Below are positions 38,506-47,995 of a DNA stretch of 64,000 nucleotides, one piece after another; position 1 is the stretch's first letter, and every line of letters begins with the position of its first letter. The translations under genes and the position numbers were made by a program. The stretch is from positions 1 through 64,000 of IMG/VR virus record IMGVR_UViG_2933096044_000001. One strand, written 5' to 3'. The notes beneath the pieces were generated by a model. That model was not told where the DNA came from, ran no database searches, and saw nothing but the letters and a program-made list of their open reading frames with translations. Origin of the DNA: a virus (lineage: Duplodnaviria > Caudoviricetes).

Positions 38506-38895
38506 TCACCAGGCCGTCGTGTCGAATGCGTACCCGGGCAGCAGCCCAGCGACGTGCAAGATCCGGCCGGCATCCGGCGCGTGACGCGGTGGCCCGCCTT
38601 CGGTGTTCCGACCGCCCAACCGGACTGAGCCGATTTGCACATCCTTGAACGCCGACGCCACACCGTATGGATCACCGAGCGCCAAGGACCATGCGGCTTG
38701 CGCGCACGTGGCGCGGGTGATCGCGTCCTTCTCCTTCGGATCGGTCGGCATCTCGCTGTCGTCGGTGCTGTAGACCGCGCCGATGAGCAGTTCGTCGATT
38801 CGCTCTGAAGCCCGACTCAGCACGGCATCGATACCGGCCGGGGCGGGCTTGTCGGTGTAGTCCGCGTAGTCGTCGGCCGTTGCGTACACCACCAC
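38506..38895 (-). CDS. head-tail adaptor
   Basis: YATADDY..RASERID..ATCAQ; exact start uncertain among tandem GTGs. Confidence 0.75.
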   Translation of the reverse strand: MVVYATADDYADYTDKPAPAGIDAVLSRASERIDELLIGAVYSTDDSEMPTDPKEKDAITRATCAQAAWSLALGDPYGVASAFKDVQIGSVRLGGRNTEGGPPRHAPDAGRILHVAGLLPGYAFDTTAW

Positions 38896-38916
38896 CACGG
38901 GCCTCCTCTCGGGTCT

Positions 38917-38936
38917 CGCCAGCGGCACCGCTGGCG
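38917..38936. promoter_or_regulatory. palindromic element copy 3 (cgccagcg-gcac-cgctggcg)
   Basis: Intergenic, just upstream of the adaptor RBS. Confidence 0.7.
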
Positions 38937-38939
38937 TTT

Positions 38940-39284
38940 TCAGGCGGGTAGCTCGTACACCGAGACCTGGACGTCCGCGGGGTTGTCGTAGTTGATCCAC
39001 ACCGTGTCGTCCTCAGCCCTGCGGTAGATCGGCGGGAACGGCGGCACAAGCAGGTCGTCGCCAGCCGCCAGCGGGTACGGCTGGTCCGGCAACTCCTTGC
39101 CGTCAACTTGGCCCGGCATGACGACGGTCACCGTCCGGGTGGAAGCACCAGCGTTCACGAGCCGGATCTGTCGCCGGGACGAGTAGCCGAACGCGTGGCC
39201 ATCTGCCACGGCCGCCGTGAGAGCAGCGTTGAGGTTCACGCCGGCGCGGCCCATGCCGGTGATCGGGAGGTTCTCCCTAGCCAT
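38940..39284 (-). CDS. virion structural protein (putative capsid decoration)
   Basis: 114 aa, beta-rich, in the head cluster; AGGAGGAG RBS. Confidence 0.65.
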   Translation of the reverse strand: MARENLPITGMGRAGVNLNAALTAAVADGHAFGYSSRRQIRLVNAGASTRTVTVVMPGQVDGKELPDQPYPLAAGDDLLVPPFPPIYRRAEDDTVWINYDNPADVQVSVYELPA

Positions 39285-39621
39285 CGTTCTCCTCCTCCTG
39301 GCCGAACTCCTCGACGAGGGCGGCCTTGCCCAGGGCCTTGGCGTCCTTCTCTGCCATGCCGCGCGATACCGCGTAGATGACCCAGATGGCCTTGCTCGCG
39401 CTCTCAGGCGGCGGGCCGGGCGGGAGGTCCTGCGCGGGGGCGGCCGGAGCCTGCGCGGCAGGCTCCGGCGAGGACGGTGCGGCGGAGGGTACCGGGGCTT
39501 CCGTCGCTGCTGGCCGGGACGTGATCGTCCAGTTCGGCCAGCAGTCCAGGATCGCGTCTCGCTCCGGCAGTTCCACCGTCTGTCCGGTGTTCGCGTTGTG
39601 GTAGACCCATATTTCGGCCAT
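39277..39621 (-). CDS. head-region protein with Pro/Ala linker
   Basis: Follows the capsid gene; PPESASKAIWVIYA motif. Confidence 0.65.
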   Translation of the reverse strand: MAEIWVYHNANTGQTVELPERDAILDCWPNWTITSRPAATEAPVPSAAPSSPEPAAQAPAAPAQDLPPGPPPESASKAIWVIYAVSRGMAEKDAKALGKAALVEEFGQEEENDG

Positions 39622-39623
39622 CC

Positions 39624-40568
39624 TTAAGGCTTCGCCTTCGTGGTGCCAGAGGTGATGACCACAGCGCGGTCGGGGTCGAGAGTTTTGACCCCGTACAACG
39701 TATCAATGGACACGACATCCTGCTTTTTGGAAATGTCGTAATCCATGACCACGCGCAATCCGAATCCCTTATAGGATTCGACGTGCGCGTTTGCCGCACC
39801 CTGGGGCAGAACGAGCGGTCGGGTGACGAGCGCAAATGCCGTCCTGTGAAATGCAACCCCGATCTCATGGTCCGGGAGCGTCGCTCCCTGTGGGTCGGAA
39901 GCCAGAAATTCCGGCTCCTTGATATTCTGCGTCTGATAGCTATCGAAGCCGAAAACCCGCCTTCCCAGATTCGCTTCGCGAAGGCCCTCGGTATCGCCGC
40001 GAGCATCGGCCCTGTGAAACAGTTCATCCGAGAGCCAAAGCGCTTCCTGCTCGGGGCCGACCACGATGTATCGGTCGGTCGCAGGGACATTGCGCTGGTT
40101 GAGGACCCTTCGCCCGGCGATGGCCACACGGGGGTTCGCGTAGCGGAACTTCTCGTTCGGGTCGGTGTTGAGGCCGACCTTCTGTACGACGTCGCTGCGG
40201 AGCGACAGGATATCCCTGTCGATTTTCTGCGCGATGGCCTCGGTTGCCGGGGCGAGAAGCTGCTGGTTGAAATCGATGATGTCGAGCGTGAGTTCTTCGC
40301 TGGTCACGGCGAAACTTACGTCGGCGAAACGGTCGAGGGTGATCGGGATTGACCCCTCGGTCGCGTTCTGGATTTCGATGCCGGTCGCCCTGTCGAAGTT
40401 CTTGGCCTCGAACTTGGCAGGCTTCCTGATCGTGATCGTGTCGCCGATCCGCGACACGAATTCCTCTTCGTAGTCTCGGTAGACGAGCTGCGACATGACG
40501 GTCGTCTCGTAAAGGTTGGCAAGAGCCTGCCGCGCGATGATGCTCGGCGTTAGAAACGTGTTAGCCAT
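39624..40568 (-). CDS. major capsid protein (P22 coat-like)
   Basis: MANTFLTP, GDTITIRKP, SIDTLYGVKTL. Confidence 0.9.
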   Translation of the reverse strand: MANTFLTPSIIARQALANLYETTVMSQLVYRDYEEEFVSRIGDTITIRKPAKFEAKNFDRATGIEIQNATEGSIPITLDRFADVSFAVTSEELTLDIIDFNQQLLAPATEAIAQKIDRDILSLRSDVVQKVGLNTDPNEKFRYANPRVAIAGRRVLNQRNVPATDRYIVVGPEQEALWLSDELFHRADARGDTEGLREANLGRRVFGFDSYQTQNIKEPEFLASDPQGATLPDHEIGVAFHRTAFALVTRPLVLPQGAANAHVESYKGFGLRVVMDYDISKKQDVVSIDTLYGVKTLDPDRAVVITSGTTKAKP

Positions 40569-40592
40569 TTTCGGGCCTTCTCTTATCAGCTT

Positions 40593-40612
40593 CGCCAGCG
40601 GTAGCGCTGGCT
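40593..40612. promoter_or_regulatory. palindromic element copy 4 (cgccagcg-gtag-cgctggct)
   Basis: Intergenic between scaffold and capsid genes. Confidence 0.7.
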
Positions 40613-40616
40613 AGCG

Positions 40617-41489
40617 TTAAGACGACTTCTTCGCCTGTCGCTGCTTGCGGAAGTCGTCGATGGACGGCTCGGACGAAGGGCTGCGCCCGCCAGGCCCGCC
40701 GGCGAACTCCCCTCCCGAGCGAGAGGGCGGCCCCGCCTGGGGACCGCTCTTGAACTTGGGGTTTTCCGTGATCGCGAGCTCGATCATCTCGCCGAGCTTC
40801 GTCGTGAAGTCCTGCGCGTCGATGTCGAGGTCACGGGCCTTCTTGAGGAAGGAACGGGAATCGAGCAAGGCATCGGGATCGGCGCCGAGCTTGAGGCCCT
40901 GGCGGTGCACGGCCAGCTCCATCAGTGCGCGGCGGTGCCGGTCCTTCTCTTCGTCTCTCTCCTTCGCGGTCGTGTCCCGCTCGGAGGTGAGCTGCTCGAT
41001 GATCTGCTCCGGCGTGAGCTGCTTCTGCTCCTCGCCGAGGAGCCCCAGAGCTTTCCCGATCTGCTGAGCCAGGTCGGACTGGACCTGCTGAGTGATTTCC
41101 TCAGCAGACGGCCCCTTCGCGCGGGCAGCCTCATCGGCTGCCTTCTGGGCTTCGCGAAGCTGGCTGCGGAACTCGGCAGCCTCGTTCCGGGTCTCCCGGA
41201 TGAGCTTCTGCGCCCACGAGGGGAGCTGATCCACCTTAAGCGCGTCCGGATTGACCTGCTCCTCCCGCTGCCGGGTAGCAGCGAGCGGGTCCGGCGCGGT
41301 CCCTTCCTGCTGGGCGGGCTGCGTGACCCCGGCCTCAGGACCGCCGCTCTGCGGTTCGCCCTGCGGCTGGCCTTCGCCCCCTCCCTCGCCTTCAGGCGCA
41401 CCGCCAGCGATCAGGCGGATCGGTCGACCGGACTTGCGGTAGCCGATGATCGCGCCAGGCGTCGTCGGCAGGGTGTGATCCTCGAACAT
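40617..41489 (-). CDS. capsid scaffolding protein
   Basis: LPSWAQKLIRETRNEAAEFR, DALLDSRSF; AGGAGG RBS. Confidence 0.8.
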   Translation of the reverse strand: MFEDHTLPTTPGAIIGYRKSGRPIRLIAGGAPEGEGGGEGQPQGEPQSGGPEAGVTQPAQQEGTAPDPLAATRQREEQVNPDALKVDQLPSWAQKLIRETRNEAAEFRSQLREAQKAADEAARAKGPSAEEITQQVQSDLAQQIGKALGLLGEEQKQLTPEQIIEQLTSERDTTAKERDEEKDRHRRALMELAVHRQGLKLGADPDALLDSRSFLKKARDLDIDAQDFTTKLGEMIELAITENPKFKSGPQAGPPSRSGGEFAGGPGGRSPSSEPSIDDFRKQRQAKKSS

Positions 41490-41563
41490 CGTTGGCCCTC
41501 CTGGAGCCGGACATGAAGCAGGCCCGCACCAGGCGGCCCTACAGAACGGACAGGAATCCCTCG

Positions 41564-41737
41564 TCAGCGCCCGGCTGGCCGGTTCCTGCGATATATGCGC
41601 ACCCACAGCAGGGCGAGCGCTCGGTTACGGGCGTCGCCTGCAGGGTCGTACGGACAGTCGGTGATCGGGCGCCGGCTACGTGCCGCCCATCGCGCCGTCG
41701 TCACCGCCGCCCGACGATCAAGTTCAGAGAGTGTCAT
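41564..41737 (-). CDS. small Rmf/CrpP-like CPY-motif protein
   Basis: ATGA-coupled; ITDCPYD...LWVRIY. Confidence 0.55.
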   Translation of the reverse strand: MTLSELDRRAAVTTARWAARSRRPITDCPYDPAGDARNRALALLWVRIYRRNRPAGR

Positions 41738-43608
41738 CGGCGGTTCTCCCTGGTCCGCTGCGCCGCCTTCTTGTCGCTGGCGCGGCCGAGGAGCTGCGCG
41801 CGGAACTCGGTCGCGGTCATACGCGGGTGGTCCTCCCACCAGCGTTTCAGCTCGTCGGAGGCGTATTTGTAGGCCATGTCCTGACGGCCGGACAGCAGCG
41901 AGCGGCCGTCGATGCCTCGCTGGCGTCCCTCCGAATTCACCATGACGCCGCGGGTGTACCGCTCGGCCGCAAGGAAGGTCATCTCCAGCCACTCATCGAA
42001 CAGCCTTCGGACCACCTGATCCAGGGACTCGCCTGGCAGGCGTTGCGTCTCGACCTGCGACCGTGCGTCCTCACGACGCGCCAGGTCCGGATCTAGCCCG
42101 TACACCGTCGCGTACGCCTCCAGCGGGTCCACACCGCTGTCGAGGAGTTCGGTGACCGCCCGGTCCTCCGGCGCCTCTTCCAGGTCCCATCGCCAGCTCG
42201 GGTCCTGCTCACGTCGGTCCAGCTCGGCGAGTAGCCGCTCCAGGGCCACGTCATCGCCGGCGCCGGAGAAGCGCTCCACAAGGTCGAGCACCTGCTCGTC
42301 GGTGACCTTCGAGAAATCGTCGGGCAGCTCGCGCACCGCGGCGCTCACCTGCTCGGCTCGCTCCTGTTCCCGGTCGATGTCGCGCTGCTCCAGGACCTGG
42401 GTGATGCGGTTGACGGCGGCTTCGTCGTCGGCGTGCTGTCCGAGCAGCGCCGCCAGCTCGTCGTCCGGTCGCTTCTCCAGGTTGCGCGGCAGCACCTTGG
42501 CCCGCTGCCGGTCGCGGCGGATCGGCAGGCCGGACGCGTTGGCGTGCTCGCGGATCTGCGCGTTGAGCGACTGGACGCGCTGCTCGGCCCGTTCACGGTC
42601 CTTCTTCTCCAGCGCGACCGATGCCTGCCGCTTCGCGGCCCGCAGGTCCCGCTCCATCCGCCGCATCTTCTGCGAGTCGCCGTAGTCAGCCGGGTGCTTG
42701 CGCACCACGGGTCTCTTCGTGGCGCCGGGCAGGTAGGTGAGCAGGTTGTGCCCACATCCTGGGTGGAGCAGGCCCGCTGTGCGGGCCTGCTCCACCGTTC
42801 CTTCGACGAGCACGTCAACCTGCTCGTCGGAGACGTAGGAGAGTTCCTGCCGCCACCCGATCCGCCCCGACTGAGTGAGGATCTTGCCTTCCCAGAAGTC
42901 GCACCTCGGGCAGGTGAACGGGAGCCGGCTCACGATGACGAGATCGACGCCGTTCTCCTTCAGCGTGGCCAGGTGACCGTCCACGGCAGCACGCGCCATC
43001 GCGGTACGAACGGCCATCTCCGTGTACGACCCCATCGACCACGAACGGCCCTTCGAGTCCGTGAACCCGGTAATGCCCTTGCGCGCGAACATGTCGAGCG
43101 CACGTTGTGTGGCCTGCTCCCTGGTTTCCGCGCCCGTCAGCGCCCGCCCAGCAACCTGTGCGATCACCTGGGAGAACACGTCCTCCATGGTGCGCAGGGC
43201 GCCCATGTGGACGCTCTGCACGCGTGCCACGGTCTGGCGTGCCAGCTCGATCACGCCCTGGCCCTGGCCGATCCGCTTCGCGTTCCCCAGGTGCGTCAGG
43301 TCCGCCATCGCGCGCTGCACGCCGCGGCGCCACGCCGCGTCGACGCCGGTCGTGACGAGCTTGTCCGACAGCCGCTCCAAACGGTGCACCACCCGGTCCG
43401 TCTGACGGCGCAATTCCCGCAGTTCGGCGAAGCGAGCGCCCTCCCATTCGGGCTCGCCCAGCCGCGCGACCAGTGCTTCCGAGACGACGCGCAGCAGTTC
43501 CCGTTCCGCGTCGTAGTAGATGGCTGCTACGGCGCGGGCGTGGTCGAGGGCTGCCTCGATGTGCTCCAGGTCTTGCTGTCCCAGGGCCTCGGCCGCCGCG
43601 GTGGTCAT
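41734..43608 (-). CDS. phage minor capsid / MuF-like protein with C-terminal extension
   Basis: GRSWSMGSYTEMAVRT, CPRCDFWEGKIL, GLLHPGCGH; about 250 extra C-terminal residues. Confidence 0.85.
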   Translation of the reverse strand: MTTAAAEALGQQDLEHIEAALDHARAVAAIYYDAERELLRVVSEALVARLGEPEWEGARFAELRELRRQTDRVVHRLERLSDKLVTTGVDAAWRRGVQRAMADLTHLGNAKRIGQGQGVIELARQTVARVQSVHMGALRTMEDVFSQVIAQVAGRALTGAETREQATQRALDMFARKGITGFTDSKGRSWSMGSYTEMAVRTAMARAAVDGHLATLKENGVDLVIVSRLPFTCPRCDFWEGKILTQSGRIGWRQELSYVSDEQVDVLVEGTVEQARTAGLLHPGCGHNLLTYLPGATKRPVVRKHPADYGDSQKMRRMERDLRAAKRQASVALEKKDRERAEQRVQSLNAQIREHANASGLPIRRDRQRAKVLPRNLEKRPDDELAALLGQHADDEAAVNRITQVLEQRDIDREQERAEQVSAAVRELPDDFSKVTDEQVLDLVERFSGAGDDVALERLLAELDRREQDPSWRWDLEEAPEDRAVTELLDSGVDPLEAYATVYGLDPDLARREDARSQVETQRLPGESLDQVVRRLFDEWLEMTFLAAERYTRGVMVNSEGRQRGIDGRSLLSGRQDMAYKYASDELKRWWEDHPRMTATEFRAQLLGRASDKKAAQRTRENRR

Positions 43609-43609
43609 C

Positions 43610-45178
43610 TCAGTCCTCGCCGCTGGCGTCCGGGATCAGGACGTCATCGAGCCGGTCCGGGTCGGGAACGGTCAGCCCGAGTTCGTCGCGCAGCCTCTTG
43701 ACCTCGGCCGTGACCTGGTGGTCGTCCCACTCGGCGTGGACGAGGCGCACCTTGGACTCCAGGCTGATCGCCTGGGCCCGGTTGAACAGCTCGACCGTAC
43801 GACCCAACGCTTCCGGGTCCGGCAGGACACCGTCTGGCCAGTGCACTTCGGCCCGCTCGGGCGTGACCTTCGTACCCCACACGCCAAGGTCCACCGACAG
43901 CAGGGCCTCTGAGAGCCACTGCAAAGGCGGCGTCCAGTAGCCCGTCTTCCTGCCCCTGGTCGAGAAGGACTTGCGATCGCGGCTGTGGATCTCCGTTGCG
44001 GTCAACTGCCGGCCGGAGCCGTCCGCCTCGCCGAACGATGACGCGCTGTATCCCGCGCCCCTCAAGATTTGGGCGATCAGTGCTTTGGCGGACTCAACAT
44101 GCTCGGTCACCCTGATCGCGAACTGGCTGATCGTCAGCATCGCGTTCGGCGCGGCACCGGGCGGCGGGAGCATCGCCAGGCCGGAGTAGATCTCCTTGTC
44201 CGGGTCCCAGCTCGCGCCCTTGCCACGGCCGTGGTTCTCAAGGAACAGATCCGGGATCACAATCCTGCCCTTGCCAAGGCGGATGTCGCGCATCAGCGAG
44301 GTCCACACCTCGTCGAGGCTGTCCATCAGGTGCTCAACGCCCTGGTAATCGGAGCGTCCGAGCGCCGTTCCCCTGATCAGTCGGTGGGGCCTCATGTTGG
44401 GCACGTAGCTGGTAAGCAGCCCGCGGGGGAAGTAGGTGTCGAACCCTCCGGTTTCGTCCACTTTGTCGGCGTAGATCTTGGTTTCGGGATGCTCCGTCAG
44501 CGGGATCGGCTTGCCGAGTTTGTCGCTGGTGCCCTCGTAGAGGCCGTGGTAGACGCGGCCCTTCTCATGTCGTTCCAGATGCCGGATCACGCACTTGTCG
44601 TCCTCGGCGAGGACCTTCCAGAACGTGACTGCCGCCAGAGCTCCGTATCGGAATTCGGGGATGGCGGAGTCGGGCGGGAACACTGACAGAACCGGGTGGT
44701 CGTACATCTCGGTGTCCCAGCCGACTCTGAGGAACACTCCGCCGTACGCTGAGCTGACCTCCGCAGCCTCCAGGAGCGCCCCGTAGATGCCGGCCTCGTG
44801 CATGAGCGCGTCGAGCCGCTTCTGCCCGTTCTTCCCCTTCACCCTCAGGGTCGGAGGTTCGCTGAACAGCAGGTCGGCCGAGGTGCTGCTGATGTCGCCC
44901 GCGACCGGCACGTGCAGCTTCGTGTTCCGGACCTGCCCGGCCGGCGTCGGCGAACCCCAGAACCAGCGCGACACGCGGTTGATGATCCCGGTCACCCCTG
45001 GTTGTGGGCGGTCCCACCCCTTCGGATCCAGGCCGATACCGTGGACCTGGTTCGCGCCGTACACGCGCGCCAGATGGTCAGGATCCCCGGCGTACCACGC
45101 CTCCCACTGCTGGTAGAGCCGCAGTTCACGCTTGATGTGCGGCGGCGGCCACTCCTGGTCCTGCACCGGCAGCGGCAT
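43610..45178 (-). CDS. portal protein
   Basis: KLHVPVAGDISSTSADLLF, YVPNMRP, GRSDY, GYSASSFG. Confidence 0.9.
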   Translation of the reverse strand: MPLPVQDQEWPPPHIKRELRLYQQWEAWYAGDPDHLARVYGANQVHGIGLDPKGWDRPQPGVTGIINRVSRWFWGSPTPAGQVRNTKLHVPVAGDISSTSADLLFSEPPTLRVKGKNGQKRLDALMHEAGIYGALLEAAEVSSAYGGVFLRVGWDTEMYDHPVLSVFPPDSAIPEFRYGALAAVTFWKVLAEDDKCVIRHLERHEKGRVYHGLYEGTSDKLGKPIPLTEHPETKIYADKVDETGGFDTYFPRGLLTSYVPNMRPHRLIRGTALGRSDYQGVEHLMDSLDEVWTSLMRDIRLGKGRIVIPDLFLENHGRGKGASWDPDKEIYSGLAMLPPPGAAPNAMLTISQFAIRVTEHVESAKALIAQILRGAGYSASSFGEADGSGRQLTATEIHSRDRKSFSTRGRKTGYWTPPLQWLSEALLSVDLGVWGTKVTPERAEVHWPDGVLPDPEALGRTVELFNRAQAISLESKVRLVHAEWDDHQVTAEVKRLRDELGLTVPDPDRLDDVLIPDASGED

Positions 45179-45217
45179 CTCACGCCCTCACTCTTCTGTT
45201 GTTGATCACCGGGACGT

Positions 45218-45469
45218 TCAGGCGGGCCAATGCCAGGTGCCTGGGAGGTCGCCGGGCGGGACGTTGTACTCGTGGAACCCGCCTCGGGCGCCGGGGGTGA
45301 AGACCCACAGATGCGCATGCAGCGGTGATTCCAGCGGCGGGACCGCGCCGACCTGGACCCCTTCGGGGTCGAGAGTGTCCACGTCAGCGGTCACGATCGC
45401 TGCCCTGATCGCCTGCAGGCCCTGTCGGCCGCGATAGCGGACGATCCGCCCGGTTGTCGGACGCTCCAT
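45218..45469 (-). CDS. small phage protein
   Basis: PTTGRIVRY...PGTWHWP; AAGGAG RBS. Confidence 0.7.
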   Translation of the reverse strand: MERPTTGRIVRYRGRQGLQAIRAAIVTADVDTLDPEGVQVGAVPPLESPLHAHLWVFTPGARGGFHEYNVPPGDLPGTWHWPA

Positions 45470-45478
45470 CAGAACTCC

Positions 45479-45778
45479 TTAGATGACGTAGATCAGCCCT
45501 GCGGGCAGCACCGGTAGTTGAGGCGGGGCCGTCACGCGGACCCACGCCTGGTAGGTGCCGTCCGGCCGCTCGACCGTGCCGCCAGGGCCGAAGAGGATGC
45601 GCGCGTCTGCGCCCTGCTGGGTGATGGAAGCGGGGTCCCATTCGGCGTCGTTCCAGTCGTCCTCAACCGGCTCCACGCCAGGAACGGTGAAGGCGATATG
45701 CACGACTTCCGAGCCGTTCGCTCCGCGCACGAAGAACGGCAGCCACTCGCGCGACAACGACGAGATGGGTTCCTGCAC
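45479..45778 (-). CDS. small beta-sandwich virion-type protein
   Basis: GTYQAWVRVTAPPQLPVL; AAGGAG RBS. Confidence 0.65.
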   Translation of the reverse strand: MQEPISSLSREWLPFFVRGANGSEVVHIAFTVPGVEPVEDDWNDAEWDPASITQQGADARILFGPGGTVERPDGTYQAWVRVTAPPQLPVLPAGLIYVI

Positions 45779-45789
45779 CAGGGATCTCC

Positions 45790-47235
45790 TTACGTGTGCG
45801 TCGAAGCGGACCAGGAACGGCGCGGCGGATCAGCGCTCCACAAGCGCCGACCACTGCTCGCGCCCCATCGCCGACACGGGCCGTCTGCGCTCGTGATCGC
45901 CCGACCGACCTCGATGACGAGCGCGGCCTCGACCAGCGCGGACGAGTCGGAAGCGCTGGTCGGCTGGTAGGACGACGCGGTTTCGGCCGCCGCCGCGGTG
46001 TCGGTGCGTTCGAGTAGCACGGTCACGGTGGCCGCTTCGCCGATGGCCGCCGTCTCCTGGGCACCTGGCCCGGCCGCGGCTTGCTCATCCAGGGCGCCAG
46101 CATCTGCGGCGGTGCGGAGCACATCGACGCGCGCGGCCTCGCCGAGTAGCAACGTCTCGTCGGTGATGTTCTGAGCCGACAGAGCGGCTGTCTCCACGGC
46201 CGCCGCGGTGTCGAAGGTGACCGGCCCGAAGATCTCTTCTCGTGATGCCGCCTCGCTCAGTGCTACTGAGTCGGCTGCGGCCAGGCCGATGTTGGCCTGT
46301 TCTACGAGGGAAGCTGCATCGTCTCGCGCCAGGGCCACCTGGAGGGTGGCCACGTCGGTCAGGCCCGCCGCCTCGGCGCGCCCCGTGTCGGCCGTGATCG
46401 TGGACGCTTCCGTCTGCGATGCGTTGTCGGCGGCCGTGGCCGAAGCGCTGACGGTGCCTGCCTCCGTGACGCCGGCGACGTCATCGGCTCGCGGGCCTGC
46501 CTGTGCGAGGTCGATCATTGCGGCTGAGTCGGTCCGGTCGAGCAGGACAGCCTGCGACACCATCTCCGACAGGGCCGCTGAGTCTACGCCCGTCTTCTCC
46601 ACTGGGCCGGTCACGCCGGACGCGACCCGGATCGTCACGCCGCCGATGATCCACGCGAAGCTCGTGCTCAGCGTCATGTCGGGGGATGTCTCGCCCGCGC
46701 CGAGCTCTCGGGTTCCGAGCCAACCCGACGCGTAGACGTCGGAGCTCAGGCTGGCTTGAACGTCCCAGGCCGGATCGGCCTCCCAGGTGAGCGATTCGCC
46801 ATCGGGCAGCGCAGCGGCCCACCGGATGTCCAAGGCCGGTCCGGCCCCGACTCCCTTGGTGACGATCGAGCCGAGCGAATCGACGTGCTCAACGAGGAAC
46901 TGCGGGGTGACGGCTGTATCCGCTTCCGCTACCGACAGGACGACAGCGACACCGTCAGCGCCGTTTCCCTTTGCGAAACCGTACGATGCCGGTTCAGCTG
47001 AGCCGGCGACCTTCCACCACACCTTGTGCAGAAATCTGCGCCCTTGGAAAGTGCCACTGCCATAGAGGAATTGCCAGGTCGTGCCACCGGTCGGGGTGGT
47101 GAGGTCGGTCTGCGCGCCAACATCGGCGACCTGGAACGCGAACATCACGTCCTGGGCGACCGTCCCGGGCGGCTTGGTCACGGTGAACGAGGTCGCTAGC
47201 CCGGTATGCCACTCCCGGCCCCTGACGTGAGCCAT
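45790..47235 (-). CDS. fibre-like protein: globular N-terminal domain + acidic Ala-rich repeats
   Basis: KPPGTVAQD, WWKVAGSAEPASY; repeated DxAxLxExA units. Confidence 0.7.
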   Translation of the reverse strand: MAHVRGREWHTGLATSFTVTKPPGTVAQDVMFAFQVADVGAQTDLTTPTGGTTWQFLYGSGTFQGRRFLHKVWWKVAGSAEPASYGFAKGNGADGVAVVLSVAEADTAVTPQFLVEHVDSLGSIVTKGVGAGPALDIRWAAALPDGESLTWEADPAWDVQASLSSDVYASGWLGTRELGAGETSPDMTLSTSFAWIIGGVTIRVASGVTGPVEKTGVDSAALSEMVSQAVLLDRTDSAAMIDLAQAGPRADDVAGVTEAGTVSASATAADNASQTEASTITADTGRAEAAGLTDVATLQVALARDDAASLVEQANIGLAAADSVALSEAASREEIFGPVTFDTAAAVETAALSAQNITDETLLLGEAARVDVLRTAADAGALDEQAAAGPGAQETAAIGEAATVTVLLERTDTAAAAETASSYQPTSASDSSALVEAALVIEVGRAITSADGPCRRWGASSGRRLWSADPPRRSWSASTHT

Positions 47236-47266
47236 CAGCAGTGCCTCCGTTCAGAGGTGAGGAGGC

Positions 47267-47809
47267 TCAGGTCAGGGTCAGCGTCACAGACAGCACCCAG
47301 GACGCAGCGCTTGTCTTGGTGCCGAGGCTCTCGACCTTGCGGTTCAGCATCCGACCGCCGGTCGCAGCGTTGAAGATCGCCCACTCGTTCCAGGCATGGT
47401 TGGCCTCGCTGGTCGCGAACGTCGCCCTGAAGGTGATCGTCGAATTCGCGGTGCCGCCTGTGCCGTCCGTGTGCTGCGGGAACCCGGAGTCCATGGCCTT
47501 GCGCAGCTTGTTGGTCGCGGCCTGGAGGTCGGTCTGCGTCTTGGCTTCGGCGGCGGTGGAGTCGCCGACGCCGAGGTGCGCGTTGGCCGCGTTGTAGTAG
47601 GTGAGCGCCTGGCCTGCCGTCGCGGTGCCGTTGCCGATCAGCATCTGCCAGATCGCGGACGCGCCGCCGTGCATGAGGGCGTTGCCCTCGCGCTCGATCA
47701 CGTCGTAGGGCAGGGCGTCGGGGCCGGTGTCGTCGCCCCAGTACTTCTCCAGCCGCCACGAGACCTTCCACTTGAGCGGGTCTCGGGTGAGCAGGCTCTC
47801 GGCAGACAT
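47267..47809 (-). CDS. tail-collar/fibre-anchor-like virion protein
   Basis: LGVGDSTAAE..TDL, ANHAWNEWAIFNAATGGRMLNR. Confidence 0.65.
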   Translation of the reverse strand: MSAESLLTRDPLKWKVSWRLEKYWGDDTGPDALPYDVIEREGNALMHGGASAIWQMLIGNGTATAGQALTYYNAANAHLGVGDSTAAEAKTQTDLQAATNKLRKAMDSGFPQHTDGTGGTANSTITFRATFATSEANHAWNEWAIFNAATGGRMLNRKVESLGTKTSAASWVLSVTLTLT

Positions 47810-47995
47810 ACAAACTCCCTGGTCAGGGTCGGGTCGTCACAGGTCCAGCAGTGCGGCTCCGGCCCCGCGCTGCCCCTCAACAGCGGGGGCCGGGGCCGCA
47901 CCTGGTGCTCGACGCGCGTACGGGGAAGCCGCGCGGAGCGACGCACCTCCGGGCGGCCAGGCCGCCACAACCGGCCGCATGTCCGGGGTGCGCGT

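Noticed and set aside
39066-39085. Seventh copy of the palindrome
   Set aside because: Inside a CDS, with wrong spacing and a poor right arm.
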